Shown in pieces: positions 1 through 8,113 of a stretch of 20,277 nucleotides of DNA (within the stretch, counting starts at the first letter, position 1; each line of letters starts with the position of its first letter). The DNA comes from Planctomycetota bacterium. GTDB lineage: Bacteria; Planctomycetota; UBA11346. The notes under the pieces were generated by a model. That model was not told where the DNA came from and did not search any database. It saw only the letters and a program-made list of their open reading frames with translations. Made by a program: the position numbers and the translations under genes. The DNA is taken from the NCBI GenBank assembly GCA_027859175.1, contig JAQIBG010000068.1:1-20277 (forward strand), written 5' to 3'.

Positions 1-3000
1 GTTGAGGCTGACTAGCTGGCGCACCGCAACCTGCATCGGGTCGTCGTCGTCGCCCATTTCTTGGCGGCGCTCGAAGCCGGCGGTGATCGCATCCCAACGC
101 GCCTGCTTCTCGGCGTCCATGTGGCCCACCAGTTGGTAGAAGCGCAGCAGGTTGGCTTCGGCGGCGGAGGTCAGGGTCTGCGATTCCGAGCGGTAGTGGT
201 CGATGACCAGCTGTTCGAGCTCGTCTTCGTTCATGACCGCCACCACCTTCTCGGCGAGCTTGGACATGTTGCGGTACGAGCCTTGCAGCTTGAAGGCCGG
301 TTCGGTGCGGTCTTCATCTGACATCGACGCGGATTCGATGTAGAGCAGGTTAACCTTGAGTAGCACTTGCTGCACCCGGCGCAGGTGACGCAGCACCTGG
401 CAAATCTCATCGAGTTCAACCGCCGCGTAGGGGTGCTCGAGTTCGCTGCGCAGGCTGTCGTCGCCCTCGGCGATTTGGAGCAGACGGTAGAAGTCTTGCT
501 GACTGCGGCTGGCAACCGGGTTCAACACCGGGTTGACGGTCAGGCAGTTTTCGAGGTAGCTGAGCTCGAAGGCCTCGGCGGTGCCGCCGATGATGTCACC
601 CAGGTTGTAGGTGTCGGCGCGATTGGCGAGCATGTCGGGGATCTGGAACTTCTCGCCCGATTCGGTGTAGGGGTTGCCCGCCATCACCACCACAACCTTC
701 TTGCCGCGTAGGTCGTAGGTTTGGGTTTGGCCGCGCCACACGCCTTCGATGCGACGTTGACCGTCGCACAGCGAAATGAATTTCTGCAGCAACTCAGGAT
801 TGCAGTGCTGGATGTCATCCAGGTACAGCATCACATTGTTGCCCATCTCCAGCGCGAGGTTGAGCTTTTCGAGCTCTTGGCGCGCGGTGGCATTGGGGGC
901 CGAGGCGGGATCGATCGAGGTGGCCTCGTGGCCGATCGCCGGACCGTTGATCTTCATGAAGGTTAGGCCCAGCACCGAGGCGATGTATTCCATCAGGGTG
1001 GTTTTGCCGTAACCGGGGGGCGAGATCAGCAGCAGCAGGCCCATCAGGTCGGTGCGCTTAGTATCGCCAACCGCGCCCATCTGCTTGGCGAGGTTGTCGC
1101 CGATCATCGGCAGGTAGACCTCGTTGATCAGGCGGTTGCGAACAAAACTGGTGAGCACGCGCGGCTTGAATTCTCCGAGGCGCAGGCCGCTGCGTTCGCG
1201 GTCGATCAGGTTTTTGCGGAGATCCAGATAGGCCTGGTAGGCAGGGATGGTTTCGCGGTGATGGCGTTCGAGGCGCGGCAGGAATTCATCGATGCGCAGG
1301 TCGAGCTGCTTGTCAGCAATGCGTGGGTGATTGCCGAGGAGGCCCTTCACCGTGACCGCGGTGCGCGCGTGTACCACCTCGTGCTGCATGCTGTCTTTGG
1401 TGAGGATGGTGGCGACGGCTTCGTCGATCACGGGGAGGCTGCCTGGCTTTTCGCCGCGCGCGTAGCGCTCAAGCCAGGCTCGCACTAGGCGGCGCGTGGC
1501 GGCGCGGTCGTCGGTGAGCGCCCGCAGGTCGTCGTCGAAGGCGGTGCGCAGTTGCTTGAGGTCGAGGTGTTCAACGAAGCCATCAATCAAGGTGTCGGCT
1601 TCGCCTGAGCACACGAAGTGTTCGCCGTCGGCTCCGAGTTGATCGAGGGCATAGCGACCCGCCGCGGCGGCGGTGAGGTCTGGTAGGGTCAGGCCTAGGG
1701 CTTGAGCGCTGGCGGCGATGGGGGCTGCCAAGTCGGCGGCCAGGGCGTAGTGCTCGTCGGATAAGCCATAGGCGGCGCGCAGGCGCGCGAGCGAACGGCA
1801 GCGACGGGTTAGCGCGTCGCGCTCGCTGTCATCGATGCCAGTGTACCATAGCAGGGCTGCGGCGCGGGCGTCGGCCGGATGCCGCAATAGGCCAACCGAC
1901 TCGGTCATATGCAGGAGTTGTTCGAGGATTGCGGTAGCGTCTCCATCGTGCAAGCCGCGCTCATAGCCTTCTTCGTAGCGGCCCGAGGCATAGCCCCGCA
2001 CCATCTCGAGCAGGCCCTTGTCTTTCATCGCGGCTTCGCGCAGCTTGGCGATGCTTAGGCCGTCGCGTTCATTGTCGGCGGCATCCAGTATCGACCACGC
2101 CAAGTACTCACCACGGTACACCGCAGTGTTTTCGGACGGGAGCTCTTGGCTCCACAGGTGGCGCGTGGCCAAGAATGCTTCGTCGGTGACGGGCTCGAAG
2201 TAATCGGTGCCACTGAGGTGGAACACCGTGCCCTCATCACGCGGCAGCATGGTGAGCTCGAGGGCCTGACGATTGACGCTGAAGCGATGGCGGCCGAGCT
2301 TAATGGTGTCGCCTTCGAACAGTTCGCTTTGGTCGCGCAGGTGGCGCACCGCGTCTTCGCGCGCGGCCTTGAGCTGCGAGGCGCAGTCGTCGGCTTTGAC
2401 GGTGTCGCCGAGTTCAGTCAGATTTTTGATGATGCCCTTGAGCTTCATCACCATCGGGTCAGACGCGAGATAGGCGTTGAGCTCGTCGATCTCCTTGAAG
2501 CTCATCGAGCGCTTGCGAACGCTGCTGATGATGCGTTCGGCGCTGCGGCTCAACTGCTGGGTGTGGCGTTGACGTTCGTCGAGCAGTTGCTGCTTACGGC
2601 CCTGGAAGGCTTCGTAGATCTCTTCGCGCTTGTCGCCGAGTTGGGTTGCGAACTCGTCGAACTCAACGAACTTGGCCTCGAGTTCTTCCACCGACACCAT
2701 CAGCTTGGCGAGCAGGTCGTCGGTTTTCTCGGGGCTGTCGCACAGGCCGAGGTAGTTGCTGACGGTTTGCGACAGCAGGGTGAACTGGGCTGCAAACTCG
2801 GCGCGCCCTTCGCTGGCGCCGAGCTCTTGGCGCCGGCTGCCGAGCACCGCGCGCGCGCGGTTGAGCTGGCCATACACTTCCGAAATCGCTTCGATGATAT
2901 CGGTGCGTGCGGTGGCATCGGCGATGTCGAGGCCGTTGACGACCTCCATCAGCAGATCGAGCTGACTGGAGATGCTGTCGAGTTCGCCGCCGATGGTCTC

Positions 3001-4860
3001 GCCTTCGGTGGCGGTGTTAATGGTTTCTGCCGCTTCAAGCTGGCCGGCGATGTTGTTGGTGTAGGCGGCCAGCGCGTCTTCGTCTTGCAGACAGGTAACC
3101 GCGCCCTGGCTGAGCTGGTCTTGATTGCGGACGATCTCGTCTTCAAGCGCCTGCAGTGCGGCGTTATCAACGTAACGTAGGCCGCGGGCGGTGTCGACCC
3201 GGCCGCGGATGGCGCGCAGTTGATCGAGCGCGCCGACGTAATCTTCGATGACCGTCTGCTCGGCCAGGGTGATGTCGCGGAACAGCGCGTGGCATTCGTG
3301 TTCGAGGCCCTGCACTTGGCCGGCGGTTTGCGCCTGGATCTGCTGCACCTTCTCGAATTCATCGATCACGGTGTTGGCGGTGCGGCGGATTTCTTGCAGC
3401 TGGGCTTGCAGGCCAAAGGCCTCGTCGTGGCCGAGCCAGTGGTAGCTGTCAGAGGCGCGCGTGATCAGCTTGAGCAGGTCTTGGTAGACCACCGTGCTCG
3501 GCTTTTGGTTGGCAATCAGCCGGTTGACCTGCAGCAGGTCGCTAATGCCGCGTACCAGTTCGCGGTTGCCGATGGTGGCCAGGAAGCAGCTGTCGTCTTC
3601 AACTTCGCTGGCGAAATCTTCTGAGCAGAACGGGGTGGTCCACACCTGCATCGTGTGCAGGCGTTGCGGCTCAGGGTCGGCACGGAACACGATCAACTTG
3701 CCGTCGGGGAACAGGCAGTAGCCGTTGGCGACCTGGGGCTGCGCCACCTCGCGGGTGATCAGGTTGTATTGCAGGAAGATGTAGCGGCCGTCAACGCGGT
3801 GATGGTAGACATAGGCCACGTCTTCGCCGTTGGGGGCGCGGATCTTGCGAATGAACTCCATGTCCTCGGCCGGAATCGGGAACACTTTGTGAGTGCCGTC
3901 GGTGAGGTAGAAGCCGTTGGGGAAAATCAGACCGTGGCCTTCGGGCAACTGCTGGCAACTGTAGCCGAGCGAGTCGATGCGCGTGGCCTGTCGGGTCTGC
4001 TTATTGTAGACGATGTAGCGGTAGGCGGTTTCGCGGTACGGGCGAATCTTGAGGACGATCATCGTCTCGAGATTGGCGTACAAGATCTCAGCGTCGTCGA
4101 GGCCTTGGTTCTGTTCCTCAACGTCTTCGGCGTACACGCCGCTGCCGTCGTCGGTATTGTCTTCGACCTTGATCGTCAAATCGCCTTCGATGCATTCGAC
4201 GAAGATGGTATCGGCAACGTTGACGTGTGGGTGCGCGCCGAGCACGTGGTCTTCACGAGTGGTGCGGATCCACTCGAAATCAAACGAGGGTGGGTAGACG
4301 TGGTCGCGTTCGCCGCGGTTGTCGATGTAGGCGGCCACGCCGGTGGTGTCCAGGCCCCAGCGCAGCACCTTGATGTCAGACGCGCGTTCACCGGTTTGGA
4401 ACACCATCAGCAGGTGGGTGTCGGTGCGACGCAGCTGCATCAGGCGCGCGTCTTTGTAATATTGGAACAGCTCAGTGAAGTCTTTGCCGAAACGCGGGTC
4501 GTTCAGCAATGAGAAGGTGTCGTTGTTGAGGTGTTCGCCATCAAACGCGAGCTTGGCGAAGACGTCGCCAACCGAGGTCTCCTTTTTGAGACCCATGCGG
4601 ACATGGTAGCCGAGTAGCAATTGCTTGTCATTCAGGGAAACCACGTCGCGCGGGATGCAGTTGTTTTCGGTGCGCACCCGTTCGGTGCTGATCAGGGCAC
4701 TTTCAACCCCACCAAATAATTCTTGCCGACGGGTATTGAGCGAGCCAACGCGCTCGCCCAGGGTCGTGCCTTGATCCACCAAACGCTTGCGGATCACCTC
4801 ATAGGTTGAGGCCTCGATCTCACCGCCATCGCTTACTTCGGATGCTACTTCGTCTGCCAT
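1..4860 (-). CDS. Giant multidomain protein (>1620 aa; 3' end lies beyond window start) with an AAA+ ATPase module near the window-proximal part (Walker A ISPPGYGKTT, Walker B VMLYLDD); N-terminal ~1200 aa includes long coiled-coil region; resembles the large 'DUF3686/DNA-repair-ATPase'-type proteins
   Basis: ATG at 4858-4860 (minus strand) preceded by AAGG-type RBS (revcomp GGAACGCAGCAAGGCGAACCATG). Minus-strand frame stays open through all 1620 codons to position 1. I hand-translated the N-terminus (MADEVASEVSDGGEIEASTYEVIRKRLVDQGTTLGERVGS...) and the AAA region around nt 900-1260 (...TDLMGLLLLISPPGYGKTTLMEYIASVLGLTFMKINGP...NVMLYLDDIQHCNPELL...). Long + strand ORFs over this span (2146..3180, 3655..4512) have antisense-type composition. 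The ORF track presumably omits it because no stop codon is inside the window. Confidence 0.8.
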   Translation of the reverse strand, partial: MADEVASEVSDGGEIEASTYEVIRKRLVDQGTTLGERVGSLNTRRQELFGGVESALISTERVRTENNCIPRDVVSLNDKQLLLGYHVRMGLKKETSVGDVFAKLAFDGEHLNNDTFSLLNDPRFGKDFTELFQYYKDARLMQLRRTDTHLLMVFQTGERASDIKVLRWGLDTTGVAAYIDNRGERDHVYPPSFDFEWIRTTREDHVLGAHPHVNVADTIFVECIEGDLTIKVEDNTDDGSGVYAEDVEEQNQGLDDAEILYANLETMIVLKIRPYRETAYRYIVYNKQTRQATRIDSLGYSCQQLPEGHGLIFPNGFYLTDGTHKVFPIPAEDMEFIRKIRAPNGEDVAYVYHHRVDGRYIFLQYNLITREVAQPQVANGYCLFPDGKLIVFRADPEPQRLHTMQVWTTPFCSEDFASEVEDDSCFLATIGNRELVRGISDLLQVNRLIANQKPSTVVYQDLLKLITRASDSYHWLGHDEAFGLQAQLQEIRRTANTVIDEFEKVQQIQAQTAGQVQGLEHECHALFRDITLAEQTVIEDYVGALDQLRAIRGRVDTARGLRYVDNAALQALEDEIVRNQDQLSQGAVTCLQDEDALAAYTNNIAGQLEAAETINTATEGETIGGELDSISSQLDLLMEVVNGLDIADATARTDIIEAISEVYGQLNRARAVLGSRRQELGASEGRAEFAAQFTLLSQTVSNYLGLCDSPEKTDDLLAKLMVSVEELEAKFVEFDEFATQLGDKREEIYEAFQGRKQQLLDERQRHTQQLSRSAERIISSVRKRSMSFKEIDELNAYLASDPMVMKLKGIIKNLTELGDTVKADDCASQLKAAREDAVRHLRDQSELFEGDTIKLGRHRFSVNRQALELTMLPRDEGTVFHLSGTDYFEPVTDEAFLATRHLWSQELPSENTAVYRGEYLAWSILDAADNERDGLSIAKLREAAMKDKGLLEMVRGYASGRYEEGYERGLHDGDATAILEQLLHMTESVGLLRHPADARAAALLWYTGIDDSERDALTRRCRSLARLRAAYGLSDEHYALAADLAAPIAASAQALGLTLPDLTAAAAGRYALDQLGADGEHFVCSGEADTLIDGFVEHLDLKQLRTAFDDDLRALTDDRAATRRLVRAWLERYARGEKPGSLPVIDEAVATILTKDSMQHEVVHARTAVTVKGLLGNHPRIADKQLDLRIDEFLPRLERHHRETIPAYQAYLDLRKNLIDRERSGLRLGEFKPRVLTSFVRNRLINEVYLPMIGDNLAKQMGAVGDTKRTDLMGLLLLISPPGYGKTTLMEYIASVLGLTFMKINGPAIGHEATSIDPASAPNATARQELEKLNLALEMGNNVMLYLDDIQHCNPELLQKFISLCDGQRRIEGVWRGQTQTYDLRGKKVVVVMAGNPYTESGEKFQIPDMLANRADTYNLGDIIGGTAEAFELSYLENCLTVNPVLNPVASRSQQDFYRLLQIAEGDDSLRSELEHPYAAVELDEICQVLRHLRRVQQVLLKVNLLYIESASMSDEDRTEPAFKLQGSYRNMSKLAEKVVAVMNEDELEQLVIDHYRSESQTLTSAAEANLLRFYQLVGHMDAEKQARWDAITAGFERRQEMGDDDDPMQVAVRQLVSLN

Positions 4861-4898
4861 GGTTCGCCTTGCTGCGTTCCTGGTTCTTGGTGGTGCCT

Positions 4899-4994
4899 AG
4901 GTCCTAGGAGGGGCGCGTCGCGCCCCTAGTGGGCCGTAGGGGTCCCAGTCGAGGGCCTACCAGGGGCGCGACGCGCCCCTCCTACGGCCTAGGG
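4899..4994. repeat. REP-like palindromic doublet: two inverted copies of a ~40-bp element, each with a perfect 17-bp GGGGCGCG(T/A)CGCGCCCC hairpin core (4910-4926 and 4963-4979) flanked by GGGCCGTAGG / CCTACGGCC arms
   Basis: Direct reading: cctaggaggggcgcgtcgcgcccctagtgggccgtagg ... cctaccaggggcgcgacgcgcccctcctacggcctagg. It lies in the 141-bp spacer between the flotillin stop (5002) and the giant-gene start (4860). Confidence 0.6.
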
Positions 4995-5001
4995 CCTGTT
5001 A

Positions 5002-7062
5002 TTACTTACCGCCCGAAAGCCAGCCGGCGATTTCGTCGCCGAAGCCCAGTTCTTTGGCCTTGTCGAGCAGGGCCTGGACTTGCTTTGGATCCTTGCCCTT
5101 GGCCAGCTTCGAGAGCAGGCTGGTGGCGGCTAGGTTCTTCAGGTCGTCGGTGCCGAGCTTGCTGTTCGACAAGACTTCTTTGAGGTCTTGCGGCAGCGAG
5201 CGATCGCCATCGATGTATTCCTTGGCTGCGGTCTGCAGGGCGGTGGAACGATCCAGCGCACCGTCGATTGACTTGCCAACCGACACCGCCTTGACGAAGC
5301 GGTCGAAGAAGGCGCCGTCGCCGCCAACAATGTCGAAGCGGGCGCCCGACATGGCGCGGCCGAGGATATCGGCGTTGCGCTCGGCAATGGTGATGTTGGC
5401 TTGGATCTCGGCCTTGGCGATCTCGAGTTCTTTCTCGAGCTTGAGGCGGAACTCCTCGTGCTCGCGGGTCGACTCGTTGAGCAGCTTCATGGCTTCGGCC
5501 TTGTCGCCGATGCCCTTGGCCTCGGCCGCCATCTTGGCTTGCACCGCGCTGGCTTCGGCCGCGCCCTTGTCTTTGATCATCGAAGCTTCGGCTTCACCGC
5601 GGGCGGCAATCACGCCAACCTCGGCTTCGTCGACGCGCACCTTGGCCAAGCCCTGCTTCTCGTTGGCGAGGGCATCGGCTTCTTTGACCTTGGCCTGCGC
5701 GAGGCCGCTGGCGGCTTCGCGGGCCTGGACACCTTCGGCGCGACGGATGTCGGCGATGGCTTCTTTCTCGGCGGCCACTTGCTCGGCTTCGGCCAACACC
5801 AGCCTCTCTTTGGCAGCGAAACCGGCGGCCTGTTCGGCTGCTTCGGCCGCTTTGACTTCGCGCAACTTGGCGTCTTCGGCTTCTTGGCTGGCCTTGGTTA
5901 GCGCCACTTCCTTGTGTCGGTTGGCTTCCATGGTCGCGCGCAGGTCTTTGATCCGCTCTTCTTCTTGGGCCACGCTCTTGTCGACCGCAACGCGCTCGCG
6001 AACCACATCGGCGATGGCTTTCTTCTCGATCTCGAGGGCCTTTTCCTTTTCGATCCGGCTTAGTTCGGTGGCGCGTTCGCGGTTGATGACTTCCAGGTCG
6101 CGTTCTTTCTTGACCCGTTCCATTTCAACCTGCACCGAGCGTTGCCGGTTTTGGTTGGCTACTTCGATTTCGCGCTGGGCATTCTCGCGCTGGATGCCGA
6201 GTTCTTGTTCGGCTTGGATCTTGGCTTCTTCCGAGCGGCGATGCTCTTCGAATTGGACCTTCTGGATTTCGGCCGTCTCGCGGGCGCGAACCACTTCTAC
6301 GTCGCGCTGCTGAATCGAGATCGCTTCCTCTTCTTGCCGTTCAAGCGCCAGGATCGCCTCGCGGGCTTCGACGTCTTGTTTCTTGATGGTTTTTTGCGCG
6401 TCGCGCTGGATTTGATTGGCCTTGACCTGTTCGTCGGAGGTCAGCTCGATGATCTTCTTGCGGCCCTGCGCGTCGAGGATGTTGTCGGGGTCGAGGCTAT
6501 CGAGCGGGGTTTGCTCGAGGTAGTCGATCGCGGCGTCTTCGAGGGTATAACCGTTGAGGTCTTTGCCGATCACATCGATGATGGCTTCTTTGAAGCGCTG
6601 CCGCTCGTTATAGAGCTCGATGAAATCCATCTGCTTACCGACGGTTTTCAGCGCTTCGGAGAACTTGGCTTGGAACAGCGCTTCGAGCGTGCGGATGTCA
6701 GACGCACGGTCGACACCCACCGAGCTGGCAACGTTGAGTACGTCTTCGGTGGTTTTGTTGACGCGCACGAAGAGGGCCACCGTGATGTCGGCGCGGATAT
6801 TGTCCCGACAGATCAGGCCGTCTTTGCCGCGACGGTCAACGTCGATGGTTTTGACCGATATGTCCATGACCTCGGCGCGGTGGATGACTGGATAGACCGG
6901 ACAGCCGGTGAAGGTCACTGTCGGCGTTGCTCGCATTGTGTTGACAATGAGCGCCTTGCCCTGATCTACTTTGCGGTAGAAGGCTTTGAAAAAGGCCACT
7001 GCTGCGAACAGGAGAAAGAAGAGAGTGAAAGCAATAACCGCAATGGTTATGAGTATGCTCAT
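5002..7062 (-). CDS. yqiK: Flotillin / SPFH (band-7) domain protein, YqiK-like, 686 aa, with N-terminal TM helix, SPFH domain and a long Ala/Glu/Lys-rich coiled-coil C-terminal half
   Basis: Translation MSILITIAVIAFTLFFLLFAAVAFF... (TM), then SPFH-like segment (GKALIVNTM...VKTIDVDRRGKDGLICRDNIRADITVALFVRV...), then ~330 aa of E/A/K/R-rich coiled coil, matching the architecture of E. coli YqiK. AAGGA RBS 6 nt upstream (revcomp of 7063-7076). Start overlaps the upstream yqiJ-like stop by 4 nt (ATGA). Confidence 0.85.
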   Translation of the reverse strand: MSILITIAVIAFTLFFLLFAAVAFFKAFYRKVDQGKALIVNTMRATPTVTFTGCPVYPVIHRAEVMDISVKTIDVDRRGKDGLICRDNIRADITVALFVRVNKTTEDVLNVASSVGVDRASDIRTLEALFQAKFSEALKTVGKQMDFIELYNERQRFKEAIIDVIGKDLNGYTLEDAAIDYLEQTPLDSLDPDNILDAQGRKKIIELTSDEQVKANQIQRDAQKTIKKQDVEAREAILALERQEEEAISIQQRDVEVVRARETAEIQKVQFEEHRRSEEAKIQAEQELGIQRENAQREIEVANQNRQRSVQVEMERVKKERDLEVINRERATELSRIEKEKALEIEKKAIADVVRERVAVDKSVAQEEERIKDLRATMEANRHKEVALTKASQEAEDAKLREVKAAEAAEQAAGFAAKERLVLAEAEQVAAEKEAIADIRRAEGVQAREAASGLAQAKVKEADALANEKQGLAKVRVDEAEVGVIAARGEAEASMIKDKGAAEASAVQAKMAAEAKGIGDKAEAMKLLNESTREHEEFRLKLEKELEIAKAEIQANITIAERNADILGRAMSGARFDIVGGDGAFFDRFVKAVSVGKSIDGALDRSTALQTAAKEYIDGDRSLPQDLKEVLSNSKLGTDDLKNLAATSLLSKLAKGKDPKQVQALLDKAKELGFGDEIAGWLSGGK

Positions 7063-7910
7063 GGGGATCCTTTCGAGGCGTCGGGGGTGCCGGTCGAGTC
7101 TTTGTGTTGGTGAGTATGGGCGTCGATGCCAGCAGGGAGGCGTTCTTGTGCCCCTGGGGGCGGCATATTTGCGTCAACTGCGATGTCGGCGCTGATGACA
7201 AGCTTGTTTGGTCCGAGTGGCATGACTGCGTAGTGCTGCTTGGCTTCGTCATAATCGAGAAGGGTGACTTCGTCGCCGGTTGCAAGCCGGTTGGCGTCTT
7301 GGCACACGATGTTCAGCTGAAGTGAGGTGGTGCCGTCGTCTGTTGGTAATGAGGCAAGGCCGAATGTGCTGGTCACTTTGCTGGAGGTCACCGTTGCGGT
7401 ACGGCCGATAAGGTATTCCTGTCCATGCTGCGATACGGTGATGAAGGCAGGTTTCAGTGGCTTGACTGCAAGGGTGGTTAGCCAGACCGCAAACAGGAAG
7501 GTCGCAGCTAACATGCCGCCGCCATAGATCCATGCCCCAACGAGCTCGCGTGCCATGGGGGCGATGGTGGTTTCCGCGATCAGGCTGCTGATCCAGCCAA
7601 AGGCTGTGATGAAACTGACGACGATCGTGACGGGTACCGTGCCGATGGCGAGGGCGTCAAGCATGGAGGAGAGCAGGCCGCCGGAGGAGGCATCGGCACC
7701 GAGTTCCGCGTCTGCGTCTAGGTCCAGATCTGGGTCGACATCCATGTCAACGTCCACATCGACATCGGCATCAGGTCCGTCTGCAGTGAACATATCCAGG
7801 TCAAGGGCGCCGGCTATGATGAGCGACCAATACAGCATGCACACGGCCATTGGAACCGTCCAAATGGCCGTGGGGAATGATTCGATCACTGCGATAAGCT
7901 GGTCGAGCAT
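7059..7910 (-). CDS. yqiJ: NfeD/YqiJ-like inner-membrane protein (DUF1449-type membrane region + C-terminal OB-fold), 283 aa, carrying an unusual acidic (DV/DL)n low-complexity insert
   Basis: N-terminal hydrophobic helices (AIWTVPMAVCMLYWSLIIAGAL; LAIGTVPVTIVVSFITAFGWISSLI), C-terminal beta-rich segment resembling the NfeD OB-fold (LIGRTATVTSSKVTSTFGLASLPTDDGTTSLQLNIVCQDANRLATGDEVTLLDYD), and translational coupling (ATGA overlap) with the flotillin gene as in yqiJ-yqiK. Start codon choice is uncertain (weak RBS at 7910). Confidence 0.7.
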   Translation of the reverse strand: MLDQLIAVIESFPTAIWTVPMAVCMLYWSLIIAGALDLDMFTADGPDADVDVDVDMDVDPDLDLDADAELGADASSGGLLSSMLDALAIGTVPVTIVVSFITAFGWISSLIAETTIAPMARELVGAWIYGGGMLAATFLFAVWLTTLAVKPLKPAFITVSQHGQEYLIGRTATVTSSKVTSTFGLASLPTDDGTTSLQLNIVCQDANRLATGDEVTLLDYDEAKQHYAVMPLGPNKLVISADIAVDANMPPPGAQERLPAGIDAHTHQHKDSTGTPDASKGSP

Positions 7911-8113
7911 CGGGGTTCGCTACCGTATAGCTGGTAGCCTCCTGTCGACGGTCATTCTGCGCCGCCCCTGGTAGCATGCATGCAGGTGTCCCAAACCGAT
8001 TCGCGCACGTGTGCTGCTGCCCTCAGCGCATGCTCAGGGCATGCCCTTGAGGGGGCTCGCACTTGCCGTTACCCTCCACCCTGCCTGAGCTTACTGCAGA
8101 GAGGTCTGTCCCT
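7911..8113. promoter_or_regulatory. Divergent promoter/regulatory region between the yqiJ-like and pspA-like genes; dyad- and direct-repeat-rich; contains a candidate sigma54-type -24/-12 element (TGGtagcatgcaTGCA, 7969-7984, + strand)
   Basis: GCTACC-N8-GGTAGC inverted repeat at 7921-7940. CTGGTAGC direct repeat at 7932-7939 and 7968-7975. TGCATGCA palindrome at 7977-7984. GG-N10-GC spacing is consistent with a sigma54 promoter facing the pspA-like gene (E. coli pspA is sigma54-dependent). Match to consensus is only partial. Confidence 0.3.

Noticed and set aside
2146-3180. 344-aa + strand ORF (and similar ones at 61..321, 367..711, 721..966, 3220..3624, 3655..4512)
   Set aside because: These lie antisense to the continuous minus-strand giant ORF. 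Their composition (runs of A/G/V/L/E/R, no motifs) is typical of shadow ORFs in high-GC DNA. The minus-strand frame has no stop over the whole span and recognisable AAA motifs.
5054-6313. 419-aa + strand ORF (and 5401..5901, 6142..7113) overlapping the flotillin gene
   Set aside because: Ser/Ala/Arg-rich antisense translation of the coiled-coil coding region. The minus-strand product is a clear SPFH/flotillin.
7555-7974. 139-aa + ORF and 7249..7533 - ORF in the yqiJ-like region
   Set aside because: Antisense or out-of-frame relative to the NfeD/YqiJ-like CDS, which has coherent TM/OB-fold features. No RBS.
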